This document shows, piece after piece, positions 39,693 through 49,609 of a stretch of DNA of 64,000 nucleotides; the stretch's first letter is position 1; every line of letters begins with the position of its first letter. Source of the stretch: Lachnoclostridium sp. UBA3262 (lineage in GTDB: Bacteria; Bacillota; Clostridia; Lachnospirales; Lachnospiraceae); assembly GCA_002362575.1 (NCBI GenBank), contig DEUM01000009.1:43639-107638 (forward strand), in the 5' to 3' direction. Made by a program: the position numbers and the translations under genes. The notes beneath the pieces are model-generated. The model was not told the origin of the DNA, searched no databases, and saw only the letters and a list, made by a program, of their open reading frames with translations.

Positions 39693-40859
39693 ATGAACAG
39701 ACTTTTTGGCAAAATATTTGGCGGAATCGGCGTGGCAGCATTTGCCGGCAGTCTTTTTATGGTAGGTGATATTCCACAAATGGATGGGATGACACGAACC
39801 GGGGAGTGGTTGCTTCATCAATCCGGTGTTGCTTACCACGATGGACAAGGCGGGGCAGGGGTGCTTGCAGAAGTTCTTGGCGGGCAGCTATATTTTCATG
39901 ACGAGGGACGGCAGAACAATGAGCAGAAGCTCGTTCTGGCAGAAAATAATGGGCAGTTTGATACGGACAGTGCAGGGGACAGGCAGGCAGATATAGAGGA
40001 CAGGGTAATAGGAGATGTCTACAATCAAAAAACAGTAGAAGCGCTCGGGCAGTCCGGTGCGTCCGGCATCCGAAAAAATAATGTCTATGTTGATAAGCTT
40101 CGTAATTCGCTGGATGTCGAGTATTTATGGAAAAAGTTTTATATTATAGATTCCACGACTTCTGTGACGAAGGGAATTTTTGATGTAAAGAAGCTGCTGG
40201 GAGAAGACATGAGGCTGCCGAAAAAAAAGGGAAAAAAACAAATTCTAATTTACCATACACACGGAGGTTCGGAGGCATTTTCTGACAGCCGTTCTGGTAA
40301 AATAGAAGATTCTGTTGTCGGGGTGGGGACGGAACTGACGAAGGAATTAGAAAAGAGAGGCTATGGTGTCTATCATGATAAGCACCGGTATGATTTAATC
40401 AATGGGAGGCTAGAGCGGAGTGTCGCCTATAATAAAGCACTCGATGGAATTCAGGCGGTTCGAAGTGCAAACAGGGATATTGAAGTCATCATTGATTTAC
40501 ACAGGGATTCTGTCGGAAAGGGAAAGCATACCTATACAATGATTAACGGAAAGAGGACGGCAATCGTAATGTTTTTTAATGGGATGAGCCGCACAAGATC
40601 TGGAAAGATAGCGTATTTATATAATCCGAACCTTCAGGGAAATCTGGCGTTCAGCCTACAGATGAAGTGTAAAGCGATGGAATATTACGATGGGTTTACA
40701 AAGCCGATTTATTTGAAAGGATATAGGTACAACCTTCACTTGAAAAAACGTTCTCTGTTGATTGAATTGGGAAATGAAAATAATACGGTTGAGGAGGCAA
40801 AGAATGCGGCAGCTCCATTAGCGGACGTCTTAGATAAGGTTTTGTCCGGACGGGGTTAA
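39693..40859 (+). CDS. spoIIP: Stage II sporulation protein P
   Basis: ILIYHTHGGSEAF, VVGVG..L, IDLHRD, MFFNG, RYNLH and LIELGNENNT motifs; lies downstream of gpr. Confidence 0.92.
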   Translation: MNRLFGKIFGGIGVAAFAGSLFMVGDIPQMDGMTRTGEWLLHQSGVAYHDGQGGAGVLAEVLGGQLYFHDEGRQNNEQKLVLAENNGQFDTDSAGDRQADIEDRVIGDVYNQKTVEALGQSGASGIRKNNVYVDKLRNSLDVEYLWKKFYIIDSTTSVTKGIFDVKKLLGEDMRLPKKKGKKQILIYHTHGGSEAFSDSRSGKIEDSVVGVGTELTKELEKRGYGVYHDKHRYDLINGRLERSVAYNKALDGIQAVRSANRDIEVIIDLHRDSVGKGKHTYTMINGKRTAIVMFFNGMSRTRSGKIAYLYNPNLQGNLAFSLQMKCKAMEYYDGFTKPIYLKGYRYNLHLKKRSLLIELGNENNTVEEAKNAAAPLADVLDKVLSGRG

Positions 40860-41218
40860 TCTTTTTTATTTCCTTTTGCAAAAATATGAGCGGTGTTACA
40901 TATATTATTGAATTGCTCCGGGGACAGCTGATGACAATAGTCAAATAAACGCAGATAGTCGTACTCAAGGATAGAGGCTGGAGAATTGTCGGGACAGTTT
41001 TCGGATTCTCTTGCCAGCCGGCTGATAGATATATTAAGCCCGGTAGCAATTTTGTCAATAGTAGATAGGCGGGAATCCGTTTCTCCGCGTTCAATCTTCC
41101 CGATTGTATTTTTATCACACTCAGTGAGTCCGCTCAGTTCTTCCTGACTGAGCCCGGCAAGTGTTCTGTATTTTCTTACAGAAAGGCCGATATGATGTAA
41201 AAATTCATTTTTTTCCAT
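40856..41218 (-). CDS. XRE-family HTH regulator
   Basis: RTLAGLSQEELS...TIGKIERGETDSRLSTIDKIA. Confidence 0.85.
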   Translation of the reverse strand: MEKNEFLHHIGLSVRKYRTLAGLSQEELSGLTECDKNTIGKIERGETDSRLSTIDKIATGLNISISRLARESENCPDNSPASILEYDYLRLFDYCHQLSPEQFNNICNTAHIFAKGNKKD

Positions 41219-41497
41219 ATTTAATCTCCATTTCATTTTAATCTTTAGTATTGCTTATTTTCTATTTTAAGAGAAATAAGGGATAACTCAACACACTAAA
41301 ATAGTTATCTTTCATAGAGAAAAAACTATTATAATGGCCCGGATTAAAAAATGGGAAAAAAAGTTGGCTGGGAAATCCCCCAAGAAACGGTAAATCGTCG
41401 TTTTGCGCCGAAAAAAGTTGTGTCGCGAGCTTTTCTTTTTCTTGTGGAATTGGTATGATATAGGGGTGGTATACGTTACGAGGAAAGGAGGAGACAT

Positions 41498-41824
41498 ATG
41501 GTATATGTGGAAAACGAGTTAATCGGGAAACGGCTAAAGCAGATACGACGGCAGGCGGGGCTGAATTATACAGATATGGCAGAAGTGCTGGAAATCAGCG
41601 AGGGACATTATCGTAAGTTAGAGCGGGGTGTGTACGGTCTGGATGTCAAAAAGATACTTATGCTGTACACGAAAATGGATGTGGATCCGCTCTATCTTCT
41701 GCTCGGAAAGAGGAGCATGGATTTTCAGTATAATCTGGAAGAAGGTAAGACGGACCGGAACGCATTAGTATGCGAGTTGTTAGATTACTGTAAGCAGCAG
41801 CTGGCAGATACGACGGAGGACTGA
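41498..41824 (+). CDS. XRE-family HTH regulator
   Basis: IGKRLKQIRRQAGL..TDMAEVLEISEGHYRKLERG...VDPLYLLLG. Confidence 0.85.
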   Translation: MVYVENELIGKRLKQIRRQAGLNYTDMAEVLEISEGHYRKLERGVYGLDVKKILMLYTKMDVDPLYLLLGKRSMDFQYNLEEGKTDRNALVCELLDYCKQQLADTTED

Positions 41825-41825
41825 G

Positions 41826-42530
41826 TTGGCGGATATATTAGTTTTTCAGAAACAGGGAGAAAATACAGATAAATTCGAAACAGCGGGGAAGACCGGGCAG
41901 GCAGAACATGTGATGCGTATCGTTACGGAAGAAAAGGGAGCAGAAGAAGCGGTGCAGACAAAAACTTACCGATTTATTCTTATTGATTTGGAGGGGATGG
42001 AGGAGAGCGGAATTGCATTTGCTTTTTTTGTGAGAGGATTAAAGGAGTATCGGATGACTCCTATTTTGTTTTTTGCTAAAGATAAAAAATATGAACAGAT
42101 GGCATTTCATGATATCCATTGTTATGATTATATGGTAAAGCCAATCTGTACGGAGGAAATGCTCCGGATTGTGTATTTGTATCTGACACATTCCCCCAAT
42201 TTGGTGGAGGACAGTCAGATAAGATTTCAGGTATATGGAGAAGACTATATGATTTCGGTTCAGGATATTATATATATGGAAGCGTTGAACCGCAGTGTCT
42301 TTGTACATACGGTAAATTATATTTTGGAGGTTCCCTATATGAAACTGCGTGACTGCGTATCATACGGAGAGGGAGCGTTTCTCCAGTGTCACCGTTCCTA
42401 TATCGTAAACCGGAGATATATACGAAAGATAGATTATGTAAATCATCAGATAGAATTAAAGGATGCAAAAGAGAAAATTTTTATGGGGAGAAAGTATGAA
42501 AGACTGCTCCGGCATAAATTTGACGATTGA
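41826..42530 (+). CDS. LytTR-family response regulator with a degenerate receiver domain
   Basis: LIDL...YDYMVKPI receiver remnant; DIIYMEA...FLQCHRSYIVN LytTR domain. Confidence 0.85.
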   Translation: MADILVFQKQGENTDKFETAGKTGQAEHVMRIVTEEKGAEEAVQTKTYRFILIDLEGMEESGIAFAFFVRGLKEYRMTPILFFAKDKKYEQMAFHDIHCYDYMVKPICTEEMLRIVYLYLTHSPNLVEDSQIRFQVYGEDYMISVQDIIYMEALNRSVFVHTVNYILEVPYMKLRDCVSYGEGAFLQCHRSYIVNRRYIRKIDYVNHQIELKDAKEKIFMGRKYERLLRHKFDD

Positions 42531-42581
42531 TAACGAAAGCAGTATACTGTGAATATTCGCAAAAGAGAGGAAAGAGATGGG

Positions 42582-43235
42582 ATGAAAGATATTTTTTTGA
42601 TACGTCATGGCAGACAGTGCAGTAAGCTTTGCAATGTGGATGTGGAGCTGGATGAGACAGGGTGCAGACAGGCGGAGTTACTAGGCAGGCGGCTGGCATC
42701 CTATGGGCTGGAAAAGCTGTATTCATCTGACTTACTCCGCGCAAGGGAGACAGCGGAAATTATCAATCGGGCACTGGCTGTGCCATATGAGATATTACCG
42801 GATATCCATGAAATTAACTTTGGTTGTTTTACCGGAAAAACAAATGAGGAAATTCGTGAGAGCTATGCCGATTTCCAGATTGAGAGGGCGAAACATACGG
42901 CGGATTTAAAATACCCGGGGGGAGGCGAGTGCGGCACGGACGTAGTAGAGCGTGCAATGCCTCAGCTCAAAAAGCTGTGCGAGAGACCGGAAGACCGTGT
43001 GGGTGTTGTAACTCATGGGGGAGTCATTCGCTCTCTTTGTGCGCATGTTTTACAGACTGGACAAAAGAATAAGCTAAAGTTTGGGATCGACTTAGAAAAT
43101 ACCAGCCTGACGCACCTTATCTATGATAAGGAGAGAGATTTATTCTTTCTGGAACGTTTTAATGATTTTGCTCATCTGGAGGGGAGACCGGAGCTTTTGC
43201 GGAGGGGCTGGAAGACGTCCTTGGAGCGGTGTTGA
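42582..43235 (+). CDS. Histidine phosphatase superfamily protein
   Basis: LIRHG, SSDLLRARETA, EINFG and VVTHGGVIR motifs. Confidence 0.9.
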   Translation: MKDIFLIRHGRQCSKLCNVDVELDETGCRQAELLGRRLASYGLEKLYSSDLLRARETAEIINRALAVPYEILPDIHEINFGCFTGKTNEEIRESYADFQIERAKHTADLKYPGGGECGTDVVERAMPQLKKLCERPEDRVGVVTHGGVIRSLCAHVLQTGQKNKLKFGIDLENTSLTHLIYDKERDLFFLERFNDFAHLEGRPELLRRGWKTSLERC

Positions 43236-43426
43236 TAGTCTCCCCACCTTTACATTGTACGGCAGAACCCTCAAAAGCAAACTCTGGCATGGTAAAAAAA
43301 AGAGAAACTGGCAGTTTTCACACTACCAGTTTTTTTATATGATATAGAAAATGTAAATACAGTTGTAATACAAGCAGCAAAGTAACTTAACAATGTACTA
43401 AAATTTTTACCGAATGGAGGAAGAAG

Positions 43427-43993
43427 ATGAACACAAATATAAAAACAACTGCCCGGAAATCGAGTCTGGGAAAGAGCAGGGAGAATATAACGGAGATGGC
43501 TTTATGCGGTGTATTTACGGCACTTGTCTGCCTGCTTACGATGTATGTTCAGGTACAGATTATCCCGTCAAAGGGAGGTCTTGTTCATATCGGAAATGTG
43601 CCACTCTTTTTTGCCGCCGCCTTTTTTGGGAAAAAAATCGGGGCATTATGCGGTGGACTTGGTATGGCACTGTCTGACCTTTTGACGCCGTGGGCGATTT
43701 ATGCGCCAATCAGTTTCGTCGTTGTCGGGGCAATGGGTTTTGTTTTTGGACTTATTGTAAATAAAAAACCTACGCTTGTACGTCTTGTACTGGCTACCGT
43801 GGCGGCACTGGCAATCAAGCTGGCAGGATATTATATCGGGGAAGTCATACTGTATAGAAGTTTTGCTGTACCGCTTGCTTCAATTCCGGGAAACACTATT
43901 CAGATTGTGACGGGTGCGATTATTGCCATTCCGGTTATTTTAGTTACGAAGGGTGCAATGGCGACGTTCCGAAAGGAGGACGAACATGTATAA
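43427..43993 (+). CDS. ECF transporter S component (PdxU2/HmpT-like)
   Basis: GLVHIGN...FG...GALCGGLGMALSDLL..W..YAPISF; several TM segments. Confidence 0.85.
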   Translation: MNTNIKTTARKSSLGKSRENITEMALCGVFTALVCLLTMYVQVQIIPSKGGLVHIGNVPLFFAAAFFGKKIGALCGGLGMALSDLLTPWAIYAPISFVVVGAMGFVFGLIVNKKPTLVRLVLATVAALAIKLAGYYIGEVILYRSFAVPLASIPGNTIQIVTGAIIAIPVILVTKGAMATFRKEDEHV

Positions 43994-45125
43994 AATGATG
44001 ACACCGGGGCCGACTATGGTGGCGGATTCTGTTATGCAAGCACGGAGCCGTAAGTTTGGGAATCCGGATGTAGACGGTGATTTTTGTGAAGAATATCATC
44101 AGGTCTGCCGTTCACTGGCAGAGCTGTTACATACGGACAATGAAGTGTACATTCTTGGCGGGGAGGGAATCCTTGCGCTGGAAGCTGCCTGCGCCTCTCT
44201 TACGGAGCCGGGAGATAAGGTCCTTGTCATAGATAACGGAATCTTTGGGAAAGGATTTGCTGACTTTGTAACGATATATGGCGGGTGTCCGGAGCTTTAT
44301 ACCGTAGATTACCATAAGCCGGTAGAGGTGGATGAACTGCGCCGTTTTCTGGAGAAGCATCACGATTATAAATATGCTACGGTCGTACATTGTGATACGC
44401 CTAGCGGTGTGCTGAATGATATCCGCTCCATATGTCCTTTGCTCAAGGAATATGGAATATTGACTGTAGTGGATTCTGTGGCGGCAATGTTTGGTGAGGA
44501 GGTTCGTGTCGACGACTGGGAAATTGATGTGATATGCGGCGGCTCACAGAAAGCATTGTCAGCGCCGCCGGGACTTGCCTTTGTGACGGTCAGTGAAGCT
44601 GCCATGCAGGCAATGGAACAGAGAAAACAGCCGATTGCATCCTTTTACTGCAATCTTCTTACCTTTAAAAATTATTACCGGGATAAATGGTTTCCATATA
44701 CAATGCCAATCAGCGATATATATGGACTGGCAGAAGCGGTGCGTTTAGTGAGAGAGGATAAAAATCGAATCGAAAGGCATCAGAGAATCGCGGCGGCGGT
44801 CAGGGAAACCATGAAAAAGGCAGGGTTATCACTGTATCTAGAATACGGGGATGCGGCTACCGTAACGGTAATCCGTGTTCCGTCCGGTATAAGAGATACG
44901 GAAATTATAGAGACAATGAAAGAAAAATACGGCATACTCATATCCGGAAGTTTCGATGTGCTGGCGGGGAAGGTGATTCGGCTTGGGCACATGGGGAATA
45001 ATGCAAAGGTAGAAGATGTTGCAGATATGCTTTCTGCACTGACAAAAACCTTGAATGAACTTGGATTTGTTTGTCAGTGTGAAATGGGGCATATGTTTCA
45101 AAGTCAGTATAGTACTCAAGAATAA
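43986..45125 (+). CDS. Class V aminotransferase (AGT / pyridoxamine-pyruvate aminotransferase-like)
   Basis: MTPGPT, VHCDTPSG, VDSV, GSQKALSAPPG (catalytic Lys) and IRLGHMG motifs; overlaps the ECF gene stop. Confidence 0.85.
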   Translation: MYKMMTPGPTMVADSVMQARSRKFGNPDVDGDFCEEYHQVCRSLAELLHTDNEVYILGGEGILALEAACASLTEPGDKVLVIDNGIFGKGFADFVTIYGGCPELYTVDYHKPVEVDELRRFLEKHHDYKYATVVHCDTPSGVLNDIRSICPLLKEYGILTVVDSVAAMFGEEVRVDDWEIDVICGGSQKALSAPPGLAFVTVSEAAMQAMEQRKQPIASFYCNLLTFKNYYRDKWFPYTMPISDIYGLAEAVRLVREDKNRIERHQRIAAAVRETMKKAGLSLYLEYGDAATVTVIRVPSGIRDTEIIETMKEKYGILISGSFDVLAGKVIRLGHMGNNAKVEDVADMLSALTKTLNELGFVCQCEMGHMFQSQYSTQE

Positions 45126-45252
45126 AAAACTGAAAATCCCGCAACTTTACTTTGACCTGCCAATATGATACACTGTTTCCATATTGCGGTATTCAGGACG
45201 AGCGTTAGAAAGGAGTTAAGGTGATATGCCGGATAGTGATAAAAGGAGTACC

Positions 45253-47694
45253 ATGCGGAAAGATTTTAAACAACTTTTGAATAAAGGTTTTGTGATTCTT
45301 GATGGGGCAACCGGTTCAAACCTGCAGAGGGCGGGAATGAAAAGTGGAGAATGTCCGGAGCAGTGGATTGTAGAACACCCGGATATTTTCATTGAATTAC
45401 AGAAAAAATATATAGAAGCAGGTTCCGATGTGCTATACACACCTACGTTTACCTGTAACCGGATAAAGTTGGAGGAATATGGTCTGGCAGACAGGCAGGC
45501 AGAGTTGACGAGAAAACTTGTCGGGTTGACAAAGGAAGCGATTCGTGAGAGTAATACGGAGCGGAACATTTATATCGCCGGAGATATTTCTATGACAGGA
45601 CAGCAGTTAGAACCAGTGGGAAGCCTGCCATTTGAAGCGCTCGTTGATATATATAAAGAACAAGTCAGTCTGCTTGCGAAGGAGGGCGTGGATGTTTTTG
45701 CAATTGAAACGATGATGAGCCTTCAGGAATGTCGTGCGGCTTTGCTGGCGGTTAAGGAAACCTGCGATATTCCGGCTATGGTAACTCTGACTTATCAGGA
45801 GGATGGACGTACTTTGTATGGAACGAACCCGGAAACGGCAGTCGTTGTTTTACAGGCAATGGGTGCGGCGGCCGTCGGGATTAACTGTTCGACGGGGCCG
45901 AATCAGATGACAGAGGCGGTAAAGAAAATGGCAGAGTACGCATCCGTGCCGATTGTTGTCAAGCCAAATGCAGGGCTGCCAACACTGGTAGACGGTGTGA
46001 CCTGCTACGATATGAAGGCAAAGGAATTTGCTGATTCCATGACAGAACTGATTCAGGCAGGGGCAACTGTGCTGGGTGGCTGCTGTGGCACGACGCCGGA
46101 GCATATACGAAAACTTTCAGAGGCGGTTTCCGGATGTCCGGTGCCAAAGAGGGAGAAAAAGAGTATCCGGGTACTGACAACGGAGAGAAACATTACCCCG
46201 ATTTCTCTAGATGGCAATTTCATGATTGTCGGGGAGCGCATTAACCCGACTGGGAAAAAGGCGCTGCAGGAGGAATTAAAAGCGGGCAGTCTGGATATGG
46301 TAACGGACATGGCGGAGGAGCAGGCCGCATGTGGTGCAAAGGTACTGGACGTCAATATGGGGATGAATGGCATTGACGAAAAAGAGATGATGAAAAAAGT
46401 GGTAGACGAACTGACAATGACAGTAGATTTACCGCTCAGCATCGATTCCAGTTATGTCGAGGTTGTGGAGAGCGCCCTGCGCATTTATCCGGGGCGGGCC
46501 CTTATCAATTCGATTTCGTTAGAAAAGGATAAGTTCGAGAAGCTGATTCCGGTGGCAAAGAAATATGGGGCAATGTTTATTCTGCTTCCGCTGTCTGGCG
46601 AAGGGCTTCCAAAAAATATAGAAGAAAAAAAGAAGATTATTCATACGATACTGGCAGAGGCAAAACGGCAGGGATTGTCAGAGGAGGATGTGATCGTAGA
46701 CGGACTGGTGGCGACGATTGGAGCAGATAAGAGAGCGGCGCTGGAAGTGATGGAGACGATACGGTACTGTAAAAATGAACTGCATGTAGCGACGATATGC
46801 GGTCTGTCAAATATTTCCTTCGGACTGCCGGAGCGTGCTTTTGTCAACACTGCCTTTCTGACGCTGGCAATCGGGGAAGGACTGACTATGGCAATTGCCA
46901 ATCCGTCACAGACACTTCTGACAAATGCGGCGCTTGCAGCGGATTTGTTGTTGAATAAACAGGAGGCCGATATCCGGTATATAAACGGAGTGTCTCCGGC
47001 AACTCTGACACAGGCACAGCCGAAACAGGGGGAGGGAAAAGCAGGGACAGAAGCAGAAGGACATCCTCTTTATATGGCGGTCGTGAAGGGAAAGAGCGGA
47101 CATGTTCTGGAACTTGTGGAAAAGGAGTTAGCGCAGGGGGCAAAGCCGGCAGAGCTGATTGATACACATATGATTCCGGCTATCAACTACGTGGGGGAAC
47201 TGTTTGAACAGAAAAAATATTTTCTGCCACAGCTCATTGCCAGTGCGGAGACAATGGAAAAGGCAATCACACGTCTGGAACCGCTTCTCGAGGCAGAAAG
47301 AGGGAATGAAAAGCTGGATACCGTTATCATGGCTACGGTGAAAGGGGATATCCATGATATTGGAAAGAATCTTGTCGTACTGATGTTAAAAAACTATGGC
47401 TATGATGTCATTGACTTAGGAAAAGATGTGGAGGCGCAGGATATTCTGGATGAGGCAAAGAGGACAAAGGCTGCTGTAATTGGACTATCCGCCCTGATGA
47501 CGACAACGATGATGGAGATGAAGCAGGTGATTGATATGGCAAAGGAACAGGGTGTGGAGTCAAAAATTATTGTCGGCGGCGCCGTTGTGACAGAGAGCTT
47601 TGCAGAGGAAATTGGAGCAGATGGGTACTCGTCGGATGCCAGAGAGGCAGTGAAGTTAGTCAACCGCCTATTGCACAATGAAAGGAATCAGTGA
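45253..47694 (+). CDS. metH: Cobalamin-dependent methionine synthase (Hcy-, pterin- and B12-binding domains; no reactivation domain)
   Basis: ILDGATG, GINCS, GGCCGTTP, VGERINPTGKK, SIDS, GLSNISFG and GDIHDIGKN motifs; ends at GADGYSSDA. Confidence 0.88.
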   Translation: MRKDFKQLLNKGFVILDGATGSNLQRAGMKSGECPEQWIVEHPDIFIELQKKYIEAGSDVLYTPTFTCNRIKLEEYGLADRQAELTRKLVGLTKEAIRESNTERNIYIAGDISMTGQQLEPVGSLPFEALVDIYKEQVSLLAKEGVDVFAIETMMSLQECRAALLAVKETCDIPAMVTLTYQEDGRTLYGTNPETAVVVLQAMGAAAVGINCSTGPNQMTEAVKKMAEYASVPIVVKPNAGLPTLVDGVTCYDMKAKEFADSMTELIQAGATVLGGCCGTTPEHIRKLSEAVSGCPVPKREKKSIRVLTTERNITPISLDGNFMIVGERINPTGKKALQEELKAGSLDMVTDMAEEQAACGAKVLDVNMGMNGIDEKEMMKKVVDELTMTVDLPLSIDSSYVEVVESALRIYPGRALINSISLEKDKFEKLIPVAKKYGAMFILLPLSGEGLPKNIEEKKKIIHTILAEAKRQGLSEEDVIVDGLVATIGADKRAALEVMETIRYCKNELHVATICGLSNISFGLPERAFVNTAFLTLAIGEGLTMAIANPSQTLLTNAALAADLLLNKQEADIRYINGVSPATLTQAQPKQGEGKAGTEAEGHPLYMAVVKGKSGHVLELVEKELAQGAKPAELIDTHMIPAINYVGELFEQKKYFLPQLIASAETMEKAITRLEPLLEAERGNEKLDTVIMATVKGDIHDIGKNLVVLMLKNYGYDVIDLGKDVEAQDILDEAKRTKAAVIGLSALMTTTMMEMKQVIDMAKEQGVESKIIVGGAVVTESFAEEIGADGYSSDAREAVKLVNRLLHNERNQ

Positions 47695-47695
47695 A

Positions 47696-48628
47696 ATGAT
47701 AGATGTAATAATTCCGGTTTACCGGCCGGATGAGAAGCTGGAACACCTGATTGAAAAACTGAATTGCCAGACCATAGAACCGGAGCATATATTTTTCATG
47801 CAGACGACAACAGGAGAAGCAGAGGAAGATAAAAGGGTTCATAAATTACTGGAAAAGGCAAAGCATGCAGTAATTACGGAGATTGCGAAAAAGGACTTTG
47901 ACCACGGCGGGACAAGGAATCAGGGAGCTTCGATGTCACAGGCAGAGTTTATGCTCTTTATGACGCAGGATGCTGTGCCGACAGATGAATACTTAATTGA
48001 AAATTTTCTGCATGCGATGCAGCGGGATGAGAAGATAGGAACAGCTTACGGAAGACAGCTTCCAAATGATGAGGTCGGTGTAATTGAACGCTATACAAGG
48101 CAGTTTAATTATCCGGATGAGAGCAGTGTGAAGTCAAAAGAGGATATTGACAGGCTTGGCATTAAGACCTATTTCTGTTCGAATGTGTGTGCCATGTACC
48201 GCAGGACAGTATATGAAGAAATGGGAGGCTTTGTCCTGCATACAATTTTTAATGAAGATATGATAATGGCAGCCGGGGTAATACAGGCGGGCTACAGGAT
48301 TGCCTATGTAGCCGAGGCGAGTGTCGTCCATGCCCATAAATACACATATCGGCAGCAGTTTACCAGAAATTTTGATTTGGCAGTGTCCCAGCGCCAGTAC
48401 CATGAAATTTTTGATGGGATAAAGTCTGAGACAGAAGGAATACGGCTCGTGAAAGATACAATGAAATACCTGTTTTCACATGGGAAATGGTACCTTGTGC
48501 CAGATTTGATTTTTCAGAGCGGTTTCAAGTTTCTAGGCTACCGTTTTGGGAAAATGTACGATAAACTGCCGCGTTTTCTCGTGCTGCGATTTACATGGAA
48601 CAAGGCGTATTGGAATAAAAATGGATGA
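47696..48628 (+). CDS. GT2 glycosyltransferase, rhamnosyltransferase-like
   Basis: DVIIPVY, FDHGGTRN, FMTQDA, FCSNVCAMY, EDM and VVHAH motifs. Confidence 0.85.
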   Translation: MIDVIIPVYRPDEKLEHLIEKLNCQTIEPEHIFFMQTTTGEAEEDKRVHKLLEKAKHAVITEIAKKDFDHGGTRNQGASMSQAEFMLFMTQDAVPTDEYLIENFLHAMQRDEKIGTAYGRQLPNDEVGVIERYTRQFNYPDESSVKSKEDIDRLGIKTYFCSNVCAMYRRTVYEEMGGFVLHTIFNEDMIMAAGVIQAGYRIAYVAEASVVHAHKYTYRQQFTRNFDLAVSQRQYHEIFDGIKSETEGIRLVKDTMKYLFSHGKWYLVPDLIFQSGFKFLGYRFGKMYDKLPRFLVLRFTWNKAYWNKNG

Positions 48629-48642
48629 AAGGTTGAATAAAG

Positions 48643-49560
48643 ATGGCACAAATTCATATTGTACTGGCGACCTATAATGGTGAAAAATATTTACGGGAGC
48701 AGCTCGATTCCCTGCTTGCGCAGACGTATTCGGACTTTGATATTGAAATCTGTGATGACGGCTCGACGGATAGCACGATAGACATTGTAAATGAATATAT
48801 GGAGAAGGACAGCCGTATTTCATTACACCGGAATGAAGAAAATCTCGGCTATGTGAAAAATTTTTTATATGGGGTAAGACGTAGCAAATCTTCTTATACT
48901 ATGCTCTGTGATCAGGATGATATATGGAACCCGGATAAGATTTCGGTGACACTGGAAGCGATGCAGAAGGCGGAAAAAGAGAATCCGGATGTACCGCTGC
49001 TTGTATTTACGGATGCGATGAATTATGACAGCGATTCCGGCTTGGAAACAGGACGGTTTCAGGAAAGCAGTCATCTAAATATAAAAAAGGTTGACAGTGC
49101 GCACCTTTTTATGGAAAATAAGTGTATCGGGTGTACGGTCATGGTAAATCAGAAGATTTTACCGTATTTAGATGAAATACCTGATGGTATACGGGTACAT
49201 GACTGGTGGCTGGCATTGATTTGCAGCCATTTTGGAAATGTGGTATACTTGGACAGACCTACCCTGCGTTACCGCCAGCACAGTGGCAATATGATTGGGG
49301 GCGGTTCGTTTTCCGATTATATAAAGAGCCGGCTGACCTCTGTCTCAGAGCAGAGAAAGGCGCTGAAACAGACCTACCGTCAGGGTGAAGCATTTTATTC
49401 CGTATTTCGGGATAGGATGAATGATAAACAGCGAAAGACGGCTGAGTGTTTTGCGGCGATGGAGCAGGCAGGCTGGTTTTTGCGCAGAGCAAATATGATT
49501 CGGTATGGATTTACAAAAAGCGGGTGGCTGCGGAATATCGGTCTGTTTTTTCTGATTTAA
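48643..49560 (+). CDS. GT2 glycosyltransferase (RgpB-like)
   Basis: LATYNGEKYL..QLDS, DDGSTD, CDQDDIW, GCT, HDWWL and YRQH motifs. Confidence 0.85.
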   Translation: MAQIHIVLATYNGEKYLREQLDSLLAQTYSDFDIEICDDGSTDSTIDIVNEYMEKDSRISLHRNEENLGYVKNFLYGVRRSKSSYTMLCDQDDIWNPDKISVTLEAMQKAEKENPDVPLLVFTDAMNYDSDSGLETGRFQESSHLNIKKVDSAHLFMENKCIGCTVMVNQKILPYLDEIPDGIRVHDWWLALICSHFGNVVYLDRPTLRYRQHSGNMIGGGSFSDYIKSRLTSVSEQRKALKQTYRQGEAFYSVFRDRMNDKQRKTAECFAAMEQAGWFLRRANMIRYGFTKSGWLRNIGLFFLI

Positions 49561-49609
49561 GGTTAAAGTAAAGCGGCAATAGTGAAAAACTACAGAAAAG
49601 AGGGAGATA

